Origin: Mustelus asterias
Taxonomy: Eukaryota
Assembly (NCBI RefSeq): GCF_964213995.1
Contig: NC_135814.1
Span: 27,094,001 to 27,158,000, forward strand
Length of the DNA stretch: 64,000 bases
Direction of reading: 5' to 3'
Shown: piece after piece, positions 26,130-37,589 of the stretch
Numbering within the stretch: the first letter of the stretch is position 1
How the letters are laid out: every line of letters starts with the position of its first letter
The notes under the pieces: model-generated
What the model was told of the DNA's origin: nothing
Databases searched by the model: none
What the model saw: the letters and a program-made list of their open reading frames with translations, nothing else
Made by a program: the position numbers and the translations under genes

Positions 26130-26367
26130 TGTTATGATGGTCACGAAGCGACACTGGGAATCATCGATAGATCTCCCCATACGATCTCCCCATGGAGTAC
26201 GAACTCCCTTATTGAACGAGCAGAGACATGAGCAGTGGAAGGTTAAACATGTTGCTCTAATCCGGACCACTGTTTAGGTCCCTGGGTACGCCACGGGGGC
26301 GACTCGTCCTTTGGTTTCTAATAAAGTGTTCTGGTGATGGGAAACTGGCCTTAGCTGAATTACTACT
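26130..26367 (+). mobile_element. Solo LTR inserted in a CR1 tail
   Basis: Starts TGTTATG, AATAAA at about 26320, 5-bp TSD ATGAA at 26125-26129 and 26368-26372. The terminal CA appears mutated to CT. Confidence 0.65.
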
Positions 26368-28280
26368 ATGAATGAAAAGCAGGAGTAAGCCATTCGGCCC
26401 TTCCAATGTACTGCACCATTTAATATGATCACAGCTGATCTGATGAAATGTAAACTTCTGGAGTTTATGACGCATAAAGCAGGGGTTGTTGCAAAGGTGG
26501 GGTGACATGAATTGCATCCAATGGTCAATAGGATGAGAGAATTTGGAATGTCTCCAAAAACGGAAGGAGGGGTGGGAGACTGGGAGTTAAAAATTGCACA
26601 ATTCAAATTTTCATTGGCATAGTGATACCATGGCTTCCGGGGAATGACTCTTCTGGACACAGTTTAACATCACTTCAAAGACAAAAAAACTGGGCTATCA
26701 TCTGTACTGACAACACCAGGAATTCCTGGGATCTTGGGAGATGAAAACTTCCATATTGCCTTCACTGAAATATATGCAAACTTTTGCTTAATAAATTCTA
26801 TTTGATTCCTAAATTCGTACCTTCTAGGTAAAGCACAGCTTTGGACCCTTATGTTAGAAATTAAAAATTCAAGTTGGTTTCAATTAGAATTTTAGACCTC
26901 AAAAGCTTAAACCTTACATTACCATTGCTAAAACCCCTATCATCAACATCATGAGGATTATCATTGACCAGAAATTGAACTGGACCAGTGATCTGAATAT
27001 TTTGGCTGTAAGAACAGGTCAGACGGTGGGAAATCTTCAGCAAGTAGCTCACCTTCTGACTCTCTAAAGCCTGTCCACCATCTACAAGGCACAAACCAGG
27101 AATATGAAGGAATACTCTCAACATGCTAAATTGACCCAATTATCAGGAGATTAGCAGAGTAAATATGTGAGGTTACGGGAATGAGGCCTGGGTGGGATTG
27201 TGGTCGGTGTAGACACGATGGGCTGAATGGCCTCATTCTGCATGTAGGGATTCTATGAATCCTGGATGAATGCAGCTCCAACACTCAAGAAATTCAGCAC
27301 TATCCAAAATAAAGCAACCTACCTGTTTAGTACCCATCCACCACCTTAATTATTTACCCACTCCGCTCTTGACGTACAGAGGCAGCAATGTATATCACTT
27401 AAAAAGATCTACTGCAGCAACTCATCAAGGCTCCTTTATTTAGTCCCATCTGCCACCTCTACCAACTAGAATTGCAAAAACAGAAGGCACATGAGAACAT
27501 TGCCGCCTGGACGTTCTCCTTCAAGTCACATATCACCCTGACGCTGAACCATATCATTTTTTGTTCACTCTTGCTGGGTCAAAATCCTGGAATCTTCTCC
27601 CCAATAGCACAACCCTTGCTTTATGTGTCATAAACTCCAGAAATTCACATTCCATCACAAACAAATGCACATCTCTTTTCAGATACATAGAAGCCATAAA
27701 TAGTCACATTCTCCTGTCAACATATCTTAACCCAAGGCTTACACTAAAAGCTACTAAATAAACAGAACCACGTCTTATCATAATGTCATAAAATAAACAT
27801 TTCCTCTCAGTTACAGATCAATTAAAGCAATGGATGGTTCCTTTAGACACAGTGTCATCTAAGTTCAGGCTGCTTTAGCTATTCCTTCAAACTGATTTGA
27901 AAACAAACACCTTCATATTTTGGTCATTGAGACAGCTTCAGCCCAAGACTCAAATGAGCTTCATCATAAATTAACAAAACACTTTTGTTTCTTCACAAAC
28001 AACTGCTTTTCCTGTTCCCCAACTATCTTGACTGTTAATTGTCCAAAACTGAACTATTTAATTTTAAACTGTGTTTATAGAATAAAATCCATATATATTA
28101 CTAATCCAAAAGAGTGATGGAATTATCAAAATCTTATAGTAATGCAATTCAATGTTATAGGGAGATGTTTAGATTCTCTGTTATTAGAGATAGCCATTGC
28201 CTGACACTTACATGGTACAATGGTACTTGACACTTGTCAGTCCAAACTGAAATTAGGAATTAGAAACGTCATCAAACATG

Positions 28281-28600
28281 TGGCACAGTGGCAGAGTGGT
28301 TAGCACTGCTGCCTCACAGCGCCAGAGACCCAGTTTCGATTCTGGCCTTGGGTGGTTGTTTGTATGGAGTTTGCACATTCTCTGTGTCTGCGTGGGTTTC
28401 CGCTGGGTGCTCCAGTTTTCTCCCACAATCCAAAGATTAAGTTAGGTTGATTGGCCATTATAAATTGCCCCTTAGTAATAGGGGGATTAGCAAGGTAAAT
28501 AAAAGAGGTTACGGGGATAGGGCCTGGGTGGGGTTGTTTTTAGTGCAGGCTCAATGGGCCAAATGGCCTCCTTCTGCACTGTAGCGATTTTGTGATTCTA
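28281..28600 (+). mobile_element. HE1-like V-SINE
   Basis: Starts GGCACAGTGGCAGAGTGGTTAGCACTGCTGCCTCACAG and ends AATGGCCTCCTTCTGCACTGTAG. Partial copies at about 27150-27258, 35650-35815, 54610-54712 and 55205-55392. Confidence 0.88.
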
Positions 28601-29119
28601 AACTCTATTTGACAGGTTTTTGCCCAGTCACCCAATCTAACCATATCCATTGCAGATCACAATATCCTCATTATAACATACCCTTCCTCCTATCTTCATG
28701 TCATTGGTAAATTTGCTGAAGTGGGCACCATATGTAACAGTCCAGAATTCCATAAACCTCAGCTTCCCTCACAAAGCACACCCTCTGCCATCTGGAATGC
28801 AAACGCTGCCAAAAAAGTTACAGTGCGCCTGGAGTCACAAGTAGAACAGAATAGGTGAGGACGACAGATTTCCTTCTCTAAAGAACATTCATGAACAAGA
28901 TGGGTTTTTACAACTAACGATGGTAGTTTTATGGTAACCGTTACTGCGAATAACTTTATTTTCCAGATGGATTCATTGCATTCGAATTCAACTGACTGTG
29001 GTGATAGAATTTGAAGCCATGTCCCCAGAACATTAACCTGGACCTCTGGATTACTAGTCCTGTGACCTTGCCACAATGAATCCATTTCTCCCTAGTGATT
29101 ACCATGTGCCAAAATCATT

Positions 29120-29360
29120 TGTGTGTGGATGAGGCAAGCTACTTGCCAGAATGCAGCAGGTCATTGAATCTTGTCTGGCACTGAACCCATGAGTGATGAT
29201 AGTCTCGTGCTGTGCTCACCGGATTTGCAGTTCAAATCCAGACCTTCTTGGCTGTTGAAGGTGGATTACCTCAGCCAGTCGGGTACGTTACTGGTCTCCT
29301 ATTTTGGACCTCTTTCACTTGGGAGGCCCTAATCAGAAAAGCGTGTGGTAGCGGGATCCA
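29120..29360 (-). pseudogene. Myb/SANT-like DNA-binding domain remnant (Harbinger/PIF accessory ORF type)
   Basis: Minus-strand translation RFSD...KEVQNRRPVTYP...KKVWI*TANPVS....SWVQCQTRFNDLL fits the RFS..L..EV..RR..W..IA..VS..RTW.QC.KRFNDL pattern. Confidence 0.6.
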
Positions 29361-30249
29361 TCCATTTGGCTTCTCCTCTGTGAATAAAAGTGTCAGGCAA
29401 TAGGACCGTGACCCATTCAGATTACAAGTCTTATTCACTCACTATATCAATGGTTACTGTTAAGATGTGGTGGAGAAAATGGCTCTACACAAATGCTTGG
29501 TACGGATGTGATTCCAGATAGCATACTGTGTTCCGTGATCACTGACAGGCCAACTGGTTTCTTCCCTCTTAGTCACACTGTTATGCCATGACAGTATCAA
29601 CTGTGTGAGCACATCCTGATAGACAAGTGGCAGGAAGGCAAGTGGATGGGATAATGTGCATGGCACTGTTCATCATTCATCCACACACTGAGTATTGGAA
29701 GCTACCTATATTACCTACACGAATGTGCAATATCTGTACCCAGTAGTAGTGGCACGACAATGGTTGTGTTCTGTGAATCCACTCATGCTTTCCATGCTCC
29801 AGCACAGTACACTGATTAGGCAGCGACAGTGACAATTTTTCCATAGAGAAAGCCCATGATGCGCCATCTGTTCCAGGGTCAGCTAACAGTTGAACAACAT
29901 TTACAGCTTTGATGCTCACCTGACAAGATAATGATGTCTCCTCCAAGTCATCCAACCTGCCTCTGACCCCTCACTACTTCTCCAGTCGCCTGCGTAGACT
30001 CCTACTATAGGCCACCTTTGGTGCTATGTTGAAAAGCTTTGAAACCTGTGCTTGGTTGTGCTGTGCCATTTTTGTCTCCACTGCTAGAATGACTTGCAGC
30101 ACCTGCTCCAGTCAAGTTGCACGTCCACCTTTAAGTTGTGCAAGACAGCCTCAACTCCTGATAGCCTTGCAATTTTTTGCCCACTGCTCAGGTGTGCAGC
30201 CACACAACAGCAATGGCTACATTTTACAGTCCGATAAATATCCACAAAA

Positions 30250-30700
30250 GTGATTCCAGGGATGAGAAATTTCAGTAATGTGGATAGACTGAAGATGCTG
30301 AGGTTGTTCTTGCGAAAGAGAAGATTACGAGATTTGATGGATGCCTTCAAAATCATGAGGTGTCGGACAGTATAAACTGGGAGAAGCAGTTTCTGTTGAC
30401 AGAAGGATTGAGAACCAGAGGACACCGATATAATGAGAATTGTAAAAGAATCAGTGGCAAGAGGAGAAAGAACTTCTTTAGGCAGTGAGCAGGTAGGATC
30501 TGGACCACAGTGCCTGAAAGTGTGGCAGAGGCAGATTCAATTGTAACTTGCATAAGAGAATTGGTTAAGTACTCAACAAAAAACGATTCACAAGATTATG
30601 GTGAGTGTGATTAGCAGTGCTGCCCTTGCTGAGCACCAGCACAGACACATTGGGCTGAATGGCCACTTTCTGTGCTGTATCCTTTCCATGATCCTATAAA
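30250..30700 (+). mobile_element. Degenerate CR1 3' fragment
   Basis: RLKMLRLFLRKRRLRDLMDAFKIM-like ORF2 C-terminus plus tail. Further CR1 3' fragments at about 31995-32300(-), 39285-39380(-), 40460-40940(+), 43025-43750(-), 54235-54460(-) and 61920-62130(+). Confidence 0.7.
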
Positions 30701-32489
30701 ATGAGCAGGTAGCACAATGTTTGCATGCTGCCTGCAGTGGAAATAACGGGAATGGGTTAATCCTGCATCACAATCCCTTTTTCCATAACCGATTGAATTT
30801 TGCGGTCCTAATCTCTTGTTTGGTTCTGAGTAATCTTTCATTGCAAGTCCGAGAAGCATCAAGGATTTTTTTTTAAGGTACAGATGCTGTGCATACATTT
30901 GTTATTTTGCTGACTTTTAATTAAATAGAATACTTAACTGTGGAATTTCGATCACATCAAATCCTATAGGCCTGGCTGATTTGCTGACTCCCAACAGTGT
31001 ATGAAAGCAAAATTAACATCAAATGATGCCACTATTAATTTTGTGTCTGCTTTAGTTATTTCAATTTCTTCATAGACTGGCTTGGTGTCTGCTTCAAATC
31101 ATCCAGTATCCCCCACACCAAGTGACATTATTATTCATCGCTAAGAAAAACATTTTATAAAATTAAAGGCAGTTTAAATTAATTGCATGTCTTTTCAATT
31201 GGTTAGTTCTGAAGATTACCTTTTTGAAGTTCTCAGTTCTTACTCTTTAGGAATGCAAGGGTAGGTCAGCTGAGTAATGAACTGCAATCCAGAGAAACAA
31301 ATTGCAAAATGGAAATAGCGTCAATTTTTGCTTCTAATATTTTTAATTAACTGGTCTGAATGCCTTTTTGATGATTCATGTCTCATGCACAAATACCACT
31401 TTTCTCTATTCTCAATAAACTTTATAGGTGCAATGTGTTTCAATTATGAAACTATGACCTGACTCTCAGACAGTCAACTTATCATCAAGTTTTATTTATA
31501 GCTGCATGCCAGCAATATGAGTTATCAATGAAGCGACTAATTAGTTGCGCGATGTGCCTCTGGAATGTGCGACTAGCACCTTGTCATGTAATAGGCAAAG
31601 ACTAAAATATGGATTAATTGGTCAAAACTCAATTATCACAGATGACTGGCTATCAAACAAGAGACATTTCTTGCAACATGCTGTCTGGCCACCTTATTTA
31701 TTTTGCATCCTGTAATATCCTCTCCAAGGTTAATTAAAACAATTTTGTTTGTGTTGTTCTGGTAATAATTTCTTCTTTTGTGTTGCTGCTTCTTATGGTT
31801 TGGATATCAAAGAAAATAATTCCAAAAGTCAGTCTAATGTTAATTAGTGAAAAGTGTTCCTCAACATGTATGATACACTGCAGCTTTCAAATTGTTTTAA
31901 GAATTGGCTGCTTTCTTTGAAATTGTCACATTACAGAACAGCTGATATGATGTGGAGTTCTTTCTTACTGCCTGTGTGGCAGCACTGATACAAACATACA
32001 TGAATTAGAAGCAGGAGTAGGCCACTCAGCCCCTCAGCTCTGCTCCACCATTCAATAAGATCATATCTGATCTGATTGGAATCTCAACCCTACATTCCCG
32101 CCTATCCCCAATAATCTTTCACCCCCTTGTTAATCAAGAATCTATCTAAGAGTTCCAGAGACACACAACCCTCTGATCTCCTTATCTCTGTCTTAATTGA
32201 GTGCCCCCTTATTTTTAAAAAGTGACACCCTCATTCTAGATTCGCCCACAAAAAGAAACATCCTCTCCACATCCACTCTGTAACTACCCCTCAGGATCCT
32301 TGTGCAGTCATCAGTAAATAGCCCTACTTCTGACCTTATGATGGAGGGAAAGTCATTGAGGAAGCAGCTGAAGATGTTTGGGTCTGGGACCTTCAGGGAC
32401 TCCTGCAGTAATGTCCTAAGACTGAGATGATTCTATATGTCTGTGTTCAATTCAATATGAGGCATTAACCTGCTAAGCAATGGAAGATT

Positions 32490-32800
32490 TCATAGAATCT
32501 ACAGTGCAGAAGGAGGCCATTCAGCCCATCGAGCCTGCACCGACAACAATTCCACCCAATATCCCTGTAACCTCACATATTTTACTTTCTTAGTTCCCCT
32601 GACACTAAGGAACAATTTATCATGGCCAATCAACTTAACCGGCACACTTTTGGAGTGTGGGAGGAAACCGGAGCACCCGGAGGAAACCCACACAAACACG
32701 GGGATAGTGTGCAAACTTCACACAGACAGTGACCCCAGCCGGGAATCGAACCCGGGTCCCTGGCGCTGTGAAGCAGAGTGCTAACCATCTGCCACCGTGC
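32490..32800 (-). mobile_element. HE1-like V-SINE
   Basis: Full head, core and tail on the reverse strand. Confidence 0.88.
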
Positions 32801-33535
32801 ACTGAGTATTGGAAGTTACCTCCATGAATGTACAATATCTGTACCAGATAGCAGTGACAAGACAATGCCATCTCCATGGTTGTGTCTTATGAATCCATTC
32901 ATATTTGTCACATTGCAAAATGAAAACTCAAGGATTAGAGTGCTTGATTATTTCCATTTTGTTCCCCAATCTTTGCTCCAAAGCACCCAAGAATTTTGAA
33001 TGTTAGCTATCCCCACAACTATTTACACACTTCCATTATGTTTCTTGCAATCTTTTAAAACTGTTTAAGATTCAATTTTGACTGATCATCCACCCACAAA
33101 TCTGGCTCCAGATCAGAATTGAGAAATTCTGCTGCCGTCTATGTTGGTCAGCCGATTAAAGAAAGCTCTTCAAATTGCGTACACTTTCTTAAGTCTATCA
33201 ATGGGCACCTTTTCAAAGATTTATTTTACGTCAAAAATATTTCATTTAACAGGAAACTGACAGGTTTATTGTAATGAAACCATAAATGGTTCAGTATAGT
33301 TTTTTTTGCAAGTCACTCCTGGTGATTTTAAATCAGGTTGGAGGATTGGAAACTTCTATCTTTAAAGTGATAAAACCCATTTTCGGTTAATATTAAGAAA
33401 ACTGCACCAGTTTGCCACACTTAAATTCATCAATGAACAGATACGTTTTGTTATGCGGTGTAACAGAAGAATTCCATTGAAGAGATTACTGTTGTGATCG
33501 TGCAAATAAATTTCATAGAAATGTAGAGTAGCATA

Positions 33536-35621
33536 CAGTAAACCCTTATTTTAAGTTGTGTCTGGGTTGCTGGAAATCACGGTTTTAACTGAAAAACCTT
33601 TCAGTGAATCATGGGTTCCCATAGGAATCCATGTACACATTAAAATACTGTACCATACTGTCCAGCACTGTGCATTCCTAGCTGAAATAGCCTGCAAAAT
33701 AAATCAGTGAATATAATCCGGTGAAATTCAAATTAGATAACACTCCCCAGTCTCTCTTCTTAGGCTGTTCCTCGAGTTCAGAATGTGGAGATGCCGGCGT
33801 TGGACTGGGGTGGGCACTGAAAGAAGTCTCACAACACCAGGTTAAAGTCCAACAGGTTTATTTGGAATCATGAGCTTTCAGAGTGCTGCTCCTTCCTCAG
33901 GTGAGTCAGCTGATGATGGAGCAGCACTCCAAAAATTTGCGATTCCAAATAAACCTGACGGGACTTTAACCTGGTGTTGTGAGATTTCTTACCTTGAGTT
34001 CAGGGATGACTTGCTTCCACTCCAGCTCGATGGGTTGAGGAGATGTTTGACCTCTTCAGGGATGCTTTGAGGAGATCCTGAATTGTTTGAGTGGAAGTGG
34101 TTTTGAGTGATTTGGAGCCTTGATGATGGGCAGGTGAGTTTGGGGGAAGACCTGGTTCTTGCCACTGGATTGGAGGATCTTTTGAAAACACTGTTGGTTA
34201 TTCTGATTGATGATGTATTCTCACTACCTGCTGCCTTGATAAGCGAGGAGAAGGTATGGTGTGAGTAGTAAGCTCTGAACACTGCAATTGCTCCCTGATC
34301 CATGGGCTGTATCAACAAAATTGTGTTAGGTGGCAGGGAAACCATCTTCACATTTTCAGAAATATCATCGAGGCTGACAGGATAACCCAGGCAATTCTCC
34401 AAGATTAGCAATATCTTGAAGGTGAGACTTGCTCTGGTGTAATATTCCCTCCAGGCAGGGATGGCATATAGAAAGAAGTACTTTTGAAAACGTACCCCAA
34501 TCATCCAGGCTTTCTAATTTAAATGCCAATTTACATGGAAACGTACCTTGTGGTAACCCCTCAATTCTCGGACTGGTACACCATTCTTAAACTTAAAAAT
34601 CTACATTGGAATTTCCACCAAGCAGAACAGTCAGTCGATTCTTGGCAGCTTGAAATCCTGGCCTCATCTTCTCTTTCAAAATGTATGTTCTCTGTGGCAC
34701 ATGTTTCCAAAAGAAGCTCCGTCTCATCATGAAAAACTTGTTTTGATGATTTGCCACCTTCTTCAATGACTCTCTTGAAATGGGCTGTGTATTCATGAGT
34801 CGCTTCTGTATCAGCACTCGTTGCTTTGCCAGACATTTTAATGTTGGGCAGATAGGAACACCTCTTGAAACACTCGAACTGTCCATGACTAGCATTGAAA
34901 CTTTCTGACTGAACATTCTCACCCTATAAGTCTTCATGCAAGTTTTTGGCTTTTGCTTGGATGACCATCAGACTGAGAGGCACATGACGCTGGTTTTGGT
35001 TTTTGATCCAGACTGTCAAAGGTCCTTCCATGTTCTACATTGTGCTGCTTATAGACTGACCCACTCTACTAGCACTTAATGTGTGACATGCTGCGCACTT
35101 TGTTTGATTTTATCAATGTTAATACAAATTGTTCTCACTGAGGTAGAGGGCTAGCCCAAGCTTTCTAGCAATATTGACTGTGCATTCTTGAGATGTTTTA
35201 AAACACCCAAATTTTGCTGCCAGGCTGATGGCTTTCTTGATTTCTATACAGCAGCAAACACACTAACATCACTTACTGGGTGTCTCTGGCTTATGTTTAA
35301 AACTGATTTAAAAGTCTCATCCATGGCGAAAATCCAAATTTAAAATCAAATTTAAATCTTCCAACTTTTTGTTTGCGGAGAAAAAAAACAGCATCCTTAA
35401 CAAGGCCACAACCTGACAGGACCCAGCGTGGTATGAAAGGAGCTAAGGAGCGTTGCGTGAAATGTGATGATGATAAATGGTGATGATGTGCAACACACAA
35501 TGACGTGAAATGGCACTAAATTGGGAATCGTAGCTTAATTCAAGGAAAATGGGCCGAAAGCAAGAAAAACGTTATAACCAAAAAACTTACAAGTGGGGCA
35601 ACTTAAGAAACGGATTTATTG
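33536..35621 (-). mobile_element. Tigger/pogo-family DNA transposon with decayed transposase
   Basis: TIRs CAGTAAACCCTTATTTTAAGTTG / reverse complement CAATAAATCCGTTTCTTAAGTTG, TA flanks at 33534-33535 and 35622-35623. Transposase motifs QVF.DET..FWK.VP.RTYI.KEK..PGFQAAKNRLTVLLGGN and LPPNT..LIQPMDQG.I.VFRAYY. Confidence 0.9.
33782..33992. mobile_element. Non-coding palindromic mini-Penelope (two inverted pLTR ends) inside the Tigger element
   Basis: Arms homologous to 19500-19630 and 22715-22810. TSD CTCGAGTTCAG (33771-33781) / CTTGAGTTCAG (33993-34003). Confidence 0.85.
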
Positions 35622-36507
35622 TAGTCCATGCTGACTCTCTAAGATCAAGTCCAAAGACGTGCGGGTAAGGTGGATTAGCCTTGCTCAATTGCCCCTTCAT
35701 GTCAGCATACGAACGTCGGGTTGCGGGGATAGGACCTGGGTAGGACTGTAGTTGGCACAAGCTTGATGGGCCAAATGGACTCCTTCTGCACTGTATGGCT
35801 TCTATGATTCTATGAAATCATGTAAGCCAATTCCCTTCCCCTTCCCTCATAGCCCCACTTTTTTTTAATCTTCAGATGTTTATCTAATTACCTTCTGAAA
35901 GTCACTGTTGAATCTGCTCTTCCATCTCTCAGGCAGTGTATTCCAGGTCATGATGACTCATTTAATGGAAACCAGAATCACAACCTAGCCAGGACCATTC
36001 TGAATGCAATTTGCAAATCTATTTGTGCATGAAGATAGCATTGGAGAAAACTTTTACATACTTCTTACTTTAATTTTGTCACTTCCTTTCATATCAAAAT
36101 GAAATTAACTGGGAACTGTATCTCCAGAGGATATTGTACTAATACACTGAATGCAAAATTGTAAGCTTAATCTAATCCTTTCCCTGACATAAAGCAATGT
36201 CTGTACCCAAAGAATTATTCTTCATAATATATTTGATCTCAAATTAATCACACCTTATCAACATGGGGAATTTATAATGTTGCTTTCACAACACAGAAAA
36301 TTTATTGTCATACTGGCATGGTATATATAAAGCATTTTCCATCGTGCAAAAGGCAGTCCAGTAGGTTATATAGCCGTACCATGGAAGCTCAAAACCAGTC
36401 AGGTTTGATGGGATAAAGGTCTCTGTTTAACATTTGTCAGGGTTTTAGATGAGGCAAGTTTGGTTCATCTGAACTCCATTTGTACGGCACAGTCTACAAC
36501 ACATGAT

Positions 36508-36648
36508 GGGTGGAATTTTCCCATTCCGCCCACCCACCATGGAAATTGTAGCGGGTGGGACAGAAAATTTGGTGGACCATTTAAAGGTCCGTTGACCTTG
36601 GGTGGGAATTTCTGGCTGTGGGACATGGATGGCCGGAAAATCCCACCC
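36508..36648. mobile_element. Harbinger/PIF-like MITE
   Basis: GGGTGGAATTTTCC...GGAAAATCCCACCC termini. A second related element lies at about 36711-36826. Confidence 0.7.
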
Positions 36649-37212
36649 AACAGCTCTAATTTTGCATGAAGAAGCTAGAGGATGGTTGGTATGCGAAAAT
36701 ATCACAATACTGGCAGGAATTTTCTTGTCCCATTGTGGGCGGGAATGGAAAATTTCGAGAGCCAGGCAGAAGACTTTTGATGACACCAGAGAATCTTGGC
36801 CATGGACAGGGCTGGAAAATCTCAGCTACTATAAAAGATTGCGCTTTTTTGATCCAGAGCAAAGAGATCTTTATTCAGCAGGCAATATTATCCTGGAATG
36901 TTTTTTGTGATGCTGGGCACCTGAAGTGGAAAGAATTCTCTAAAATCTTTCACGTTGCTGAATATTAACTTACCTAATGAATAATTGTGCTCTGACAGTT
37001 AGACCCATTTACCTGACCAAGGCTGCATCACTCTCAACACCTTGGCATCAAATCTTTTTATCCTTTATTATGCCACAGTCAAGCTATATCAGCTAGCTTA
37101 CATAAACTGGAATTTTACTTCCTTTACAAAGGCTCATCATCACCTTGAAAAGCAATGACATAACCTTCGGTACATAGCAGAGAGTGGGAATTTGAATTGT
37201 TTTACTTCTTTT

Positions 37213-37589
37213 AGAGGCAATAACCTAGTGGTATTATCACAAGACTATTAATCCAGATTCTCAGCTAATGTTCTGGGGACCTGGGTTCGAATCCCACCAC
37301 GCCATCTGGTGGAATTCGAAATCAATAAAAAAATATCTGGAATTAAGAATCTAATGATGATCATGAAACGACTGTTGAAAAAACCCATCTAGTTCACTAA
37401 TGTTCTTTAGGGAAGGAAATCTGCTGTCCTTACCTGGTCTGGCCTACTCCAGAGCCACAGCAGTGGGGTTGACTCTTAACTGCTCCTCTGAAATGGTCTA
37501 GCAAGCCACTCAGTTCAAGGACAATTAGAGATGAGCAATAAATGCTGGCCCAGCCAGTGATACCCGCATCCCCTGATCAAATAAAAAAA
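37213..37589 (+). mobile_element. Second tRNA-headed SINE family (possibly SacSINE1-like)
   Basis: Head with TAGTGG A box and GGGTTCGAATCCC B box, tail GCAATAAATGCTGGCC...AATAAAAAA. Other copies at 51102-51457(+), 53178-53532(-) and about 28790-29095(-, degenerate). Family name uncertain. Confidence 0.8.

Noticed and set aside
37213-37290. tRNA genes at SINE heads (also 51102, 28281, 62980)
   Set aside because: The A/B boxes belong to multi-copy SINEs and no complete cloverleaf is evident.
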